Positions 1 to 12,335 are shown, numbered from the whole stretch's first letter. The stretch: DNA of 63,910 nt, filler included, from Octopus bimaculoides (GCF_001194135.2; 6 parts of 6 records of this genome joined end to end with filler, not necessarily neighbours in it); one strand, 5' to 3'. Numbers and translations: made by a program. The notes: generated by a model not told the origin, from the letters alone.

Positions 1-87
1 ATATATATATATACACTCACACACACACACACACACATACATACATACATACATACATACATACATACATACATACATACATACATT

Positions 88-120
<33 letters not shown>

Positions 121-180
121 CTACATATGTATACACAGAGAGAAAGAGAGGCATGCGCGCAAACACATACACACGCACAC
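1..180. repeat. Compound microsatellite (TA)n(CA)n(TACA)n(GATA)n; similar tracts recur throughout, e.g. 910-985, 1607-1690, 3205-3340, 11500-11770, 13800-14133, 39813-39921, 41890-42230, 55500-55630, 63480-63910
   Basis: Directly visible di- and tetranucleotide runs. Confidence 0.98.
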
Positions 181-908
181 CTAATTTATTTTAACTGCAC
201 CTAATTTTATGAAGATTAAGCTGTCGTCCGATAAACTGGACTCTGACATCACAACAAATTCTCAAATATAGAACAGAATAGATTACAAGGAAAATATGTT
301 ATACATGAAAATATTAAATACATGTATCCAACCTTTAATTCTGCATACAAACTGCCTCCCAGCATAGTACCCTAGCAACAAGGTCAGTTTACTCTTGCAC
401 GTTAATTGTTGACTACATCAACAATATGATAATTGCCATGGTGTATTTATATATTTGGTGTCACGCATAGCGTCCTAACTAGTTTTGAATATCTTTGTAT
501 ATAACGAAAAACTAGAGAATTTTCGTAACCATAGAAATTGCAAGTATTTTTTTAATTTTTCTGAAAAATAATTTCACTCTCCAGAAGATTTAGCGAATAG
601 ATAGATATTTTCCGAGATATTTTCGACATTTATTTATATACAAAGATCTGTATATAAATAGAAGCAGAGAATTCAATAAACACGACGCACTCATGTACAT
701 ACTCAATAAACAAAACGCAAAGCGTGTTTATTTGCATGTATGTGAATGTATGTTTTTTTTTTTTGTGTGGTGTGTGTTTGTACGTCTGTTTGTGTGGTAT
801 GACTGTGTGTGTATGTCCGTGTGTATTACCATGTGACACGTGAATGTATTTAAATGTTATCATCTCGTATGCACCTAAATAAGTGTATGTATGAGAAAGA
901 GTGTACGA

Positions 909-945
<37 letters not shown>

Positions 946-996
946 GGGATGGATAGATATAAACATACATACATACATACATACACGCATGTGTTA

Positions 997-1330
997 TGTT
1001 GGCACTCTGTCGCTTACGATGACGAGGGTTCCAGTTGATCCGATCAACGGAACTGCCTGCTCGTGAAATTAACGTGCAAGTGGCTGAGCACTCCACAGAC
1101 ACGTGTACCCTTAACGTAGTTCTCGGGGATATTCAGCGTGACACAGTGTGACAAGGCTGACCCTTTGAATTACAGGCACAACAGAAACAGGAATATAGAG
1201 TGAGAGAAAGTTGTGGTGAAAGAGTACAGCAGGGTTCGCCACCATCCCCTGCTGGAGCCTCCTGGAACTTTTAGGTGTTTTCGCTCAATAAACACTCACA
1301 ACGCCCGGTCTGGGAATCGAAACCGCGATC
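997..1330 (-). mobile_element. tRNA-headed SINE, family A (5' head runs into the N gap)
   Basis: Near-identical to 22928-23296 over about 330 bp; minus strand carries the B-box-like GGTTTCGATTCCC. Confidence 0.85.
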
Positions 1331-1606
1331 NNNNNNNNNNNNNNNNNNNNNNNNNNNNNNNNNNNNNNNNNNNNNNNNNNNNNNNNNNNNNNNNNNNNNN
1401 NNNNNNNNNNNNNNNNNNNNNNNNNNNNNNNNNNNNNNNNNNNNNNNNNNNNNNNNNNNNNNNNNNNNNNNNNNNNNNNNNNNNNNNNNNNNNNNNNNNN
1501 NNNNNNNNNNNNNNNNNNNNNNNNNNNNNNNNNNNNNNNNNNNNNNNNNNNNNNNNNNNNNNNNNNNNNNNNNNNNNNNNNNNNNNNNNNNNNNNNNNNN
1601 NNNNNN

Positions 1607-1673
<67 letters not shown>

Positions 1674-2379
1674 TGTGTGCGTGCGCACGTGCGATGTGAT
1701 TATTTTTTATATATCTGAGGCGTGTAACGATATGTGACTGTTGAGAATGTACATGAGTGCGTGTGTACGTGTATACATAATTGTATGTACATATTTGCAT
1801 GCGCATCTGCATATACATTCAAATGTATAATGTACATATTTGTGTATATATGTATATATATATATTCATGTATATGCGTGTGTCAGTATGTTTGTGGATG
1901 CATCTGAACGATTGTATACCAACAGAAATCATGTGTGTAAATATATGTCTCTAGCTGCGTGTTCTCTTATTTAGCAGTGTTTTGTATATATGCGCGCGTG
2001 TGTATTGAAGATTACGCCTGTATTTATATATGCATGTTTGCGTAGTAAGAAGTATGTGTTTTTGTGTACATTTGTGTACACGTAATGAGAACATATGCAT
2101 AAATGTATATGTTTGTATTTAGACTATGTTTATGTACATATGCATATGTGTATGCGTGTGTGTGTGTGTGTGTGTGTGAATGCTTAGTAAGCAGTCTTCA
2201 GTATTTTTCTGTATTCATGTGCATATTTTATGAGTTTGTATGTGCACACATATATATATATATATATATTTGTACATATACGCATACATTTTCGCATATA
2301 GATTTTTGCATGTTCTGTGTGTGTGTGTGTGTGTGTGTGGTGAGTAACCTTGAATATATATTGGCAAATGCTGGCTGAT

Positions 2380-2700
2380 AATGAGACACGGGAGGAGATA
2401 TTCATTCCAAGATTAAATTTAACACTCGGTAATATCAACCTTCTCTTTCAAACAAGCATCAATTTCCAACGTTTTTAAATTGACATTAACAAATCGCATA
2501 TTCCCCCACTATGTTGTATAATCATCTTCAATACATTGCTGTGATAAACATATTTGACATAATTTTTGGGAATGTATCTTTTTCTGATAACCTTGGATTG
2601 ATATCGGATAGACAGAAATCGTGCAGGTGCAATTCATTCGTAAGATGGATTGTACCAGAAATTTACAGGTACAGCCTTGTTACACATTGTGCCTCCTAAT
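2380..2700 (+). mobile_element. Highly decayed Helitron PIF1-helicase C-terminal remnant (tentative)
   Basis: Broken frames give EEIFIPRLNLT / KHQFP / INKS, resembling the Helitron motif order xFIPRIxL...RxQFP...TINKSQG; many stops and frameshifts. Confidence 0.35.
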
Positions 2701-3213
2701 TCTGCCTGAAGATTGCGTTATGGATACATGTATACGAGGAATACTCAGCCATATACACGTTAATTTAATGAGCAGTTAGTTCAGTTTATTACACCTAAAT
2801 AATAATCATTGAAATCGACGAAGTTACTCTTCCTTTCTGTCATTTATGTTTTTTTCGTTGCTTTCCCTGATTCTCATGACTCTCTGTCGTCGAGTCATAG
2901 TGACTATTTCATTAGCTGATTACACAACCATGAATGCCACCCCGATGGATGTGTTGCAGTTATTCTCTTGAAAGAGCTTGGTGATCCTGACCGTTGATCT
3001 TCTAGTATTCCTCCACTCAGCATCAAAATAAGTCGAGCTCTTCCGCTACATCTTCACAATTTGTCATGCTACAGTCCCACAACTTCGCCGTATCACTAGC
3101 AGGGTGGCTGAACGGGTGCTGTGCCTCACCAAAGGGCAGCCTCTGGCTATGCAGGGCATTGTCGTCACTCTGTGATGTATTTTCAAATACTCGCATAGCC
3201 AAATGTGTGTGAA

Positions 3214-3244
<31 letters not shown>

Positions 3245-3285
3245 CTCTATGTGTGATTTGTGTGTGTGTCTATGTGTGTGTGTGT

Positions 3286-3344
<59 letters not shown>

Positions 3345-3999
3345 GTGTATTTTTGTGTACACGTTTGTATGTATCTACTTGTATGTATCTACTTGTATTT
3401 TAGGGCTTACCTGCCCATACATGTGAAGACTAGAACCGGCGGATCCTACGGAAGAAACCTTCATGGTTCAACAGAGAAGTGGCCACAGCAACATGTGGAG
3501 TGCAGTAAAGCATGTAAAGCATCCTGGTCGTCCACGATATTCGTTTCTGTCCCCAATCATCTTGACTTGGTCTTGCAACTGGATTAAAGGTGGTCACGGA
3601 CGAGTGAGTTTGAGGGTGCACAACAGTTCGTCAATTTAATCAAAGTCTCCGAGTAAGATATCAGCCATCTTTAAAGGTGACTGGATATTCCACGGCGCTC
3701 CGAACATGTATGGGTGTATCAATGAACTTATTATGAGGTATGTCATCTCTCCCTAGACAACCTATCGCCATGTTCTGCTTAGTAATTGGGTAACTTTATC
3801 TGAATTCACTACATTACAGGAATCTGGGGGCCAGTGCTCTCTTTTTAGGATAACTTAGTGTAATGGCGTGTAACTTCCTACGATAACAACCGACGAGTTG
3901 TGCATTTTTGTCCTTACTTCCCTCCAATCTTAGAAATTCTGTCGAAAAAGATCACGGGTAATACATCCGTTTTTTTTTCCCCAGTCAAGAACCGTTATA

Positions 4000-4810
4000 T
4001 TTTTCACTTATTTCAGTCATTGGACTGCGATCATGCTGGGAGCACCGCCTTCAATGGCTTAATCAAACAAATCGACCCTGTACTTATTTTTCTAGTGCCT
4101 GGTATTTATTCTGTCGATCATTTTTCAGCGAACCGCTCAGTTACGGGGATATAAACAACCCAACACCTATCGCCAAGCGGTGGGCCGGAAAAACACAAAC
4201 ACAAAGATATACACACGTTCACTTGGCGGGCGATGCATTGTGTCCTTAAGCAAGGACACTTTATTTCACATTGCTCCAGTGCTCTCAGCTGGCAGAAATG
4301 TGTTGTAGCTGTAAGTCAAAGGGCTTGCCTTGTTCCATTCTGTGTCACGTTGAGTCTCCTTGAGAATAATGTCATGAGTCAGTCATTTGCACGTTAATTT
4401 CACGAGTAGGCTGCTCCATTGATCGGATCAAACGGAACAGTCGTCGTCGTAACCGACAGTGTCAATATTGACACACACACACACAAACACACACCACACA
4501 CTGTTTTACTTGTTTCAGTCTTTTGACTGTGGCCATGCTGGAGCACCGCNNNNNNNNNNNNNNNNNNNNNNNNNNNNNNNNNNNNNNNNNNNNNNNNNNN
4601 NNNNNNNNNNNNNNNNNNNNNNNNNNNNNNNNNNNNNNNNNNNNNNNNNATATACATATATATATATAACTGGCTTCCACACAATTTTTCTCATCTAAAT
4701 TCATACAAGCCATTGGTCGACTCGGGGTTATAGTAGAAGATACTTGCCCAAGGTACAGCGTAACGGGACTAAAAACCGAAACCACGAAGTTGCAAATCGA
4801 ACTTCTGAAC
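4000..4810. mobile_element. Cluster of SINE fragments: family B (minus; 4000-4170 and 4505-4800) and a CORE-like body joined to the family A 3' module (plus; 4205-4465)
   Basis: ttcagtcatt..gactgcg..catgctgg.agcaccgcc matches the other family B copies; tgtccttaagcaaggacactttatttcac is CORE-like; ttgcacgttaatttcacgag..gatcggatcaa is the reverse complement of the family A 3' module. Confidence 0.75.
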
Positions 4811-6295
4811 CATACAAATCTCAAGCAAATCCTGAATTGCTATAGGCTCGTCCCATCCACAGAGCTTCTGATGTACTAGTGTCATCGACGAAATCAATAT
4901 TATTTTGACTAATTCTGACATTGAATAACCACAGATTAAAGTAATCCTGTTTAAAAGTCTATGCATCTGTCAATATCTCTGAATTCTTTAGAAATGCTCT
5001 CATGCTTTCTATCATGACGTGATGTCCTAACTTTGTAAATGTCATTCTTGGCAAACAACGTCAGATGTATCTAGATAATCAGTAATGTGTATATATGTGT
5101 GCATACATACTCACACACGCATATATATACAAACACACATATATACATACATATAAATATATATGTATATATTTATACGTATGGTTGTGCATATTGTATG
5201 TATACATAAATACGTATGTGTTTCTACGTACATGTATATACGTATATACATACACACATGCATATTTATGTATATATACAATATATACATACATATATAG
5301 ATAAATATAATTGCTATAAATGCATGTGTGTGAAAACATGTATGTATGTATGTATGTACTCGCTTACATGTATGTCTCTTATATTGAATAACAGTCCATA
5401 ATTGGTAAACTTAAATAAAGAGAAGGGGAGATTGATTAAATACATAAACGTGCAGAACAGACTGAATATTAATTTTAGTCTATTATACACACATACGAGT
5501 TAAGTCAAATGAAACCGCTGGCTCCACACTTAACAGTGACCTTTTGACAATTCGTTAAGTTCTGTCTTTTCTTTCTTCTTTTTTTTTTTTTTGCAACCGG
5601 CTTGCAATTGTTACAACCGTGACCAATTCAACTTTTCAAACAGTTTGTCTCAGATTATATTAACTAGAAGTAGCTTCTTTTTGCAATGACCCATTTTAAT
5701 GTTCTTCTTTTTTTACATTTCCTTACGGCTCACATATATATATTATATNNNNNNNNNNNNNNNNNNNNNNNNNNNNNNNNNNNNNNNNNNNNNNNNNNNN
5801 NNNNNNNNNNNNNNNNNNNNNNNNNNNNNNNNNNNNNNNNNNNNNNNNNNNNNNNNNNNNNNNNNNNNNNNNNNNNNNNNNNNNNNNNNNNNNNNNNNNN
5901 NNNNNNNNNNNNNNNNNNNNNNNNNNNNNNNNNNNNNNNNNNNNNNNNNNNNNNNNNNNNNNNNNNNNNNNNNNNNNNNNNNNNNNNNNNNNNNNNNNNN
6001 NNNNNNNNNNNNNNNNNNNNNNNNNNNNNNNNNNNNNNNNNNNNNNNNNNNNNNNNNNNNNNNNNNNNNNNNNNNNNNNNNNNNNNNNNNNNNNNNNNNN
6101 NNNNNNNNNNNNNNNNNNNNNNNNNNNNNNNNNNNNNNNNNNNNNNNNNNNNNNNNNNNNNNNNNNNNNNNNNNNNNNNNNNNNNNNNNNNNNNNNNNNN
6201 NNNNNNNNNNNNNNNNNNNNNNNNNNNNNNNNNNNNNNNNNNNNNNNNNNNNNNNNNNNNNNNNNNNNNNNNNNNNNNNNNNNNNNNNNNNNNNA

Positions 6296-6700
6296 GAAAA
6301 CCTATTTTACAGACTCCGAAAGGATGAAAAGCAAAGTTGATCTCGGCAGAAATTGAACTCAGAACGTAAATACGTGCGAAATACCGCTAAGCATTCTGCC
6401 CTGCGTGCTAATTTACCAGTTCGTTTCAAATTTGATATTCGTTTCAAATTTGATATTCGTTTCAAATTTGATATTCGTTTCAAATTTGATATTCGTTTCA
6501 AATTTTGGTACAAGGCCAGCAATTTTAAAGGGAGAGGTGAGCCGATTACATTGATCCCAGTGCCCAACTGGTACTTATTTTATCAATCCCAAAAGGATGA
6601 AAAGCAAAGTCGCTCTCGACGGAATTTGAACTCAAAACGTAAAGACGCGCTAAATGCCGCTAAGCATTTTCCCCAGCGTGCCAACATGCCGGTTAGCCGC
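6296..6700 (-). mobile_element. Two family C SINE copies separated by an 18-bp tandem array
   Basis: Both contain aaaggatgaaaagcaaagt...gaactca.aacgtaaa, the reverse complement of the family C core; array unit ttcgtttcaaatttgata occurs about 4.8 times at 6420-6505. Confidence 0.85.
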
Positions 6701-6925
6701 CAGAGAATACGTTAACATTGTCGACTGTTTTTGCACTGTTGTTTATAATGTAAGATTTTAACGATTTTTAACATTTTGTTTAACTGCTCAATACTTCATA
6801 AACTAAAAACATTTGTGTTATAAATATTAATTGGATTGCCAAAAATTTTTGAACCACTTATGACTGGCCGTAAAGAGATGTTAACATAATCTACAACCGT
6901 TTTCTTACTGTAAACACAAATATCG

Positions 6926-6974
<49 letters not shown>

Positions 6975-7765
6975 ACACACACGAACACACACACAGGGTA
7001 TAACATTTACGAAAAAACATTTAAACAGAAAATGACAATGTAACCTTTTCCCTTAATCTATTTCCCGTATTTCGAATATAGTGTAATTCAATTAACTGCT
7101 GATTCGAGCAACTGTTACTTCGAACAATTGTTTTCTTTTCTTTTTTTTTTTTTTTGTTTCTTGTCACGAAACTTCATCACTGTGACGAAATATTGCGAAT
7201 CGGTAGAACGAAATATGTCAGACAAATACCTTGTGATATTTTAACTATACCTCTTTATATTCAGAGTCCAAATCACGCCAGGACTGACCTTACTTTTCAC
7301 CCTTCCGAGGTCGAGAAAATAAACTCTTAGACTAGTGCTGTGATCGATGTAATCGATTATTTAGCACTCTGCCATTAATAGCAATCAATATTATTGAAAT
7401 GTAACCAAGTAGTCATATTTGATTTCCACCTCACTACTCCCAGACGGCCTCAGGTTCGCCTGTTCACCTCGAGGTCACGATTTAGTAGCGTTATCGACTA
7501 AGACGTAATATATTTATTAATTCTGACATTGAGCAACAACAGATTAAATTAATCCTCTCGTTGTATCTATTCCTCTATCGTTGCTTTCAGAATTCTTCTA
7601 GTACTTTTCCTCGATTTACGTAATGCTGACTTAACTGGAAAGTGTACTTCTTAGCAGTCGCTAATTTTTCTTCTTTTCTATCTCCTCCACTTCTTCTTTT
7701 CCTTCTTCCTCTTCCTCCTTCTTCTGCTTCATAAAATTATTATTTTCATTATTTTTATTATTATT

Positions 7766-7797
<32 letters not shown>

Positions 7798-7799
7798 TT

Positions 7800-8020
7800 A
7801 AGGCAGCGAGCTGACAGAATCGTTTGCACGCCGAGCAAAATGCTTACGGGTATTTCGTCCGTCTTTATGTTCTGAGTTCAAATTCCACCGAGGTCGACTT
7901 TGCATTTCATCCCTCGGGGTCGATAAAATTAGTACCAGTGAAATACTGGGATCGAAGTAATCGAATAATCCCCTCCCAAAAGATTTCAGGCCTTATGCCT
8001 TCAGTAGAAAGGATTATTAC

Positions 8021-8052
<32 letters not shown>
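7800..8052 (+). mobile_element. Family C SINE with (ATT)n tail
   Basis: aggcagcgagctgacagaatcg head, gagttcaaat B-box, gactttgcatttcatccctcggggtcgataaa core, (ATT)n at about 8015-8052. Confidence 0.85.
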
Positions 8053-8054
<2 letters not shown>

Positions 8055-8647
8055 GAATTGTCAAAAGGTCACCGAGTCTGTTGGGAAGATCGATACGCCA
8101 CCTTACTTTAGCAGAGAAGAAAGGTAAATCTTTCATTGTTTGTTGGCTCTGGTGAATAGAGTTGTGTGGTAGGTTTGTCTGAAAGGCTTGGAGACAAATA
8201 TTTTCCTATCCAGCCAAGCTCACATCGACTTCATGTACCACTTGAAGGAAAATGTGAGGGTAAAGGAGATCGTGTCTTCTGGTGTGTTTATCGAAAACTG
8301 GTTGAGTGTAACAAGAATGATAAATCTGAACGGACGAGGAAAGACACCGAAGCAGGGCACTTTCGAAACCTTGAAAATAATAATGGCTGCCTTTGTGGCA
8401 AAATTTGAACCCAGAGAAGAGGCTCTCTTCTCGTTTGACCAGGCTCCCGTGGCTTTTATGGGTTTTTCCACGAGTAACTTTCAAAGCGCCTCCTCCTATT
8501 GGGAGTTTAACTTGTTATATTTTTCGCTGTTTTTCTAATGTTTACACGGACCTTTCTCTTTCGCAAAATCCTTTGTACTTTTCGTCCTGTGTTTGTCCTT
8601 ACATGTTTTCGATTTATATTCGCCCTTTTGGCCAATAAAACCAGAAT
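8053..8647 (+). mobile_element. Tx1/L1-clade LINE 3' end (ORF2 C-terminus plus 3' UTR), decayed
   Basis: One frame reads IFHCLLALVNRVVW*VCLKGLETNIFLSSQAHIDF..HLKENVRVK..VFIENWLSV, fitting a Tx1-type ORF2 end (KxxVW...FxxRW pattern); pyrimidine-rich UTR ends gcccttttggccaataaa before a microsatellite. Confidence 0.65.
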
Positions 8648-8648
8648 T

Positions 8649-8708
<60 letters not shown>

Positions 8709-8721
8709 CAGCAGCAGCAGC

Positions 8722-8807
<86 letters not shown>

Positions 8808-8822
8808 CAGCAGCAGCAGCAG
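8648..8822. repeat. Compound (AGT)n/(AGC)n trinucleotide microsatellite
   Basis: Alternating AGT and AGC blocks visible directly. Confidence 0.98.
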
Positions 8823-9129
8823 GAGGACGGCGAGGAGGCAGAATCATTGGCGGGTTGGGACATTATGCTTAGCAACATTTCTTCTGGCTTTTGCCTTTCA
8901 TCCTTACAGGGTCGATAGAATAGAGTGTTCTACCATAACCCCGTGCCGATCAATGTCTTGAGTGCATTTGGTAGACGGAAACCGATAGAAGCTCGTCGTG
9001 TATGTGTTTTGTGTGCATGTGTGTGTGAGGAGAGAGAGAGGGGGGTATGTGTGTGTGTGTTTCTTTCTATCTCCACTACCGCTCCACAAACAACGTTGGT
9101 TTGTTTGCGTCCCCGTTACTTAACGGTTC

Positions 9130-9355
9130 GACAAGGAAAGAATGATAGAGTAAGTAAGTATCAGACTTTAAAACAAACAAAAAATACTGGTGTGGATGTG
9201 TTCAACTAAAACCCTTCAAAGGAGCGCCTCAGCAGGCTGTATGGTAAGAAACTTTGCTTCCTAACCACACAGTCGATTCCTTCGACTAAAAATTCTTCTA
9301 GGCGGTGCCCCAGCATGAGCGCAGTCTAATGACTGAAACATGTAAAAGATAAAAA
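9130..9355 (+). mobile_element. Family B SINE 3' portion
   Basis: cgacaaggaaagaatgatagag..taagta.cag.cttt...ggtgccccagcatgagcgcagtctaatgactgaaaca.gtaaaaga is the reverse complement of the family B blocks at 24.8 kb and 57.8 kb. Confidence 0.7.
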
Positions 9356-9365
9356 GTAAACGATA

Positions 9366-10865
9366 TGGATCTTTATGGTTTGACGGGCAACACTTGTTTT
9401 CTTAACGAAACACTTTCAAATTTCGGACACTGGTAGAATGTGTCATACAAAACGACTTTTTCTCTTAGCCTTCTTAACAAAAAATTGTACATCGCAAGTT
9501 ATTTCATGTTAAAGTTGTCGTATTTCTGTAATTTCAACCAATCACTGACGTCTATTCAGCTGAATACAGTCAGTGCTCTTTTGTAAACAATAATTTTTGG
9601 CCAGTCATAAAAATGTTATTCCCTGTGACATATTTTATCCGGTTTAATCGTAATTTATACGCATATATTGTTTATATAATAAATTATGCTGTGCGTATCT
9701 GTGTGTGTAACAATTTTTCGCTAGTACTCAGTAACACATTTTCTAAATGATGGTAGAGTTTGATTTGAAGAAGAACTAGAGTTCGGGTTCTAGAGTTAGG
9801 GTTAGTTTTNNNNNNNNNNNNNNNNNNNNNNNNNNNNNNNNNNNNNNNNNNNNNNNNNNNNNNNNNNNNNNNNNNNNNNNNNNNNNNNNNNNNNNNNNNN
9901 NNNNNNNNNNNNNNNNNNNNNNNNNNNNNNNNNNNNNNNNNNNNNNNNNNNNNNNNNNNNNNNNNNNNNNNNNNNNNNNNNNNNNNNNNNNNNNNNNNNN
10001 NNNNNNNNNNNNNNNNNNNNNNNNNNNNNNNNNNNNNNNNNNNNNNNNNNNNNNNNNNNNNNNNNNNNNNNNNNNNNNNNNNNNNNNNNNNNNNNNNNNN
10101 NNNNNNNNNNNNNNNNNNNNNNNNNNNNNNNNNNNNNNNNNNNNNNNNNNNNNNNNNNNNNNNNNNNNNNNNNNNNNNNNNNNNNNNNNNNNNNNNNNNN
10201 NNNNNNNNNNNNNNNNNNNNNNNNNNNNNNNNNNNNNNNNNNNNNNNNNNNNNNNNNNNNNNNNNNNNNNNNNNNNNNNNNNNNNNNNNNNNNNNNNNNN
10301 NNNNNNNNNNNNNNNNNNNNNNNNNNNNNNNNNNNNNNNNNNNNNNNNNNNNNNNNNNNNNNNNNNNNNNNNNNNNNNNNNNNNNNNNNNNNNNNNNNNN
10401 NNNNNNNNNNNNNNNNNNNNNNNNNNNNNNNNNNNNNNNNNNNNNNNNNNNNNNNNNNNNNNNNNNNNNNNNNNNNNNNNNNNNNNNNNNNNNNNNNNNN
10501 NNNNNNNNNNNNNNNNNNNNNNNNNNNNNNNNNNNNNNNNNNNNNNNNNNNNNNNNNNNNNNNNNNNNNNNNNNNNNNNNNNNNNNNNNNNNNNNNNNNN
10601 NNNNNNNNNNNNNNNNNNNNNNNNNNNNNNNNNNNNNNNNNNNNNNNNNNNNNNNNNNNNNNNNNNNNNNNNNNNNNNNNNNNNNNNNNNNNNNNNNNNN
10701 NNNNNNNNNNNNNNAATAAGACAATTTTTAACGTGAAATAACTTCGAATACAAAATTTTTTATCTGTTCTATACCACAAAATATACAAGTATACGAAGTT
10801 TGAAAGTGTTTCGGTACCAAAAACACTACATAAAAAAATGTTGCCCGTCAAACCATAAAGATCCA
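9366..10865. mobile_element. Non-autonomous TIR DNA element with a target-site duplication; interior largely N
   Basis: tggatctttatggtttgacgggcaaca (9366-9392) is the exact inverted complement of 10839-10865; acgata flanks both ends (9360-9365, 10866-10871); subterminal arms are also homologous; a related arm lies at about 20680-20905. Confidence 0.85.
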
Positions 10866-11516
10866 ACGATACAAACACAAACATAAGATGGCACAGACAT
10901 AGACATAATTCTTAATGTATTTAGGATAAGGATGTAGCTATTTTCCTGTATCATCTTATCCACCATTTTACCTTACCGCTCCAACCTATTTAATATAGTT
11001 TAACAAAACTCTGAANNNNNNNNNNNNNNNNNNNNNNNNNNNNNNNNNNNNNNNNNNNNNNNNNNNNNNNNNNNNNNNNNNNNNNNNNNNNNNNNNNNNN
11101 NNNNNNNNNNNNNNNNNNNNNNNNNNNNNNNNNNNNNNNNNNNNNNNNNNNNNNNNNNNNNNNNNNNNNNNNNNNNNNNNNNNNNNNNNNNNNNNNNNNN
11201 NNNNNNNNNNNNNNNNNNNNNNNNNNNNNNNNNNNNNNNNNNNNNNNNNNNNNNNNNNNNNNNNNNNNNNNNNNNNNNNNNNNNNNNNNNNNNNNNNNNN
11301 NNNNNNNNNNNNNNNNNNNNNNNNNNNNNNNNNNNNNNNNNNNNNNNNNNNNNNNNNNGTGTGTGTGTGTGTGTGTGTGTGGTGGGGAGGGGGTATCTTC
11401 GTCGATTTACTTCAGTTTGAGTGAGAGTTGTGAGATCTGTGGATGTCAATGTATGTAGGTTAGTGCCTCTGTTTGCTTCACGATGGATACAATACATTAA
11501 CTTGTGTGTGTGTGTG

Positions 11517-11565
<49 letters not shown>

Positions 11566-11716
11566 ATATCTCTCTCTTCTTTGTGTGTATGTGTGTGTGT
11601 TCTATGTACACGTAATGTGTAGTTTTGTGAGTAAAGAAGGTGCGGTTTACTTCGGGTTATGTATGCGTTTCTATTTGTGTTATAGAATATGCGTGTATGT
11701 ATATATGTGTGTGTAT

Positions 11717-11766
<50 letters not shown>

Positions 11767-12089
11767 GATTGTGTGCGAGAGAAACAGAGACAGAGATAGA
11801 GACACAAAGAGGATTGTCTTGACCCGGCACAACCTGGGCTGTCGGCGATTAAACCGGCAGGAACGCCACTAAGCCTGCTTGGTGAATAGGGTGGTTTTTA
11901 GATACCCGTCAAAGGGTGAATGAATTCACATGGGTGGGGTGGGGGTTAAAGGTCATCCAATTGCATGATATTTGTATGTGTGTGTGTGTGTGTGTGTGTG
12001 TATTGCTCTTTCTCCTTTTTTAATTTGGAATAAATTTTAACCGACCACCTACTTGGTAGCAAGGTTGTAAACGAAAGCGTCTTGTTTTA

Positions 12090-12335
12090 ACCATCATTCT
12101 TTAAATTTTGCAGATTCTTATAGTTCCAGATATCGTGATCATTTGTAGCATATGAATTAAAGATTTGTGTTCTCCCCAAAAGATCTCAAGTTCGGCCACA
12201 CTTTGCTCCAGATTGGTTGGTGTGTATCCTGTTGCTCCAATAATAACAAGTATAAAGCTGAAAGTGTGTCTTGAGTATTGGGTTTGCAAACTCCTTATCA
12301 AGGTCCATAGGTATCATCTTGTATTTTTCAAACCA
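12090..12335 (-). mobile_element. Restriction-like-endonuclease (R4/Dong/NeSL-type) LINE C-terminal remnant
   Basis: Minus strand reads ..YGP*IRSLQTQYSRHTFSFILVIIGATGY..LIHMLQMITISGTIRICK, matching the REL C-terminal PVIIGAxG and GTxxIxK motifs. Confidence 0.5.

Noticed and set aside
3420-3720. GC-richer stretch with an LGDF-like motif on the minus strand
   Set aside because: One four-residue motif followed by a stop; no other endonuclease motifs.
6420-6505. CRISPR-like regular repeat
   Set aside because: Units are contiguous with no spacers, the DNA is eukaryotic and there are no cas genes.
8593-8961. Poly-serine ORF
   Set aside because: Made of an (AGT)/(AGC) microsatellite, starts at a non-ATG codon inside a LINE 3' UTR, no splice support.
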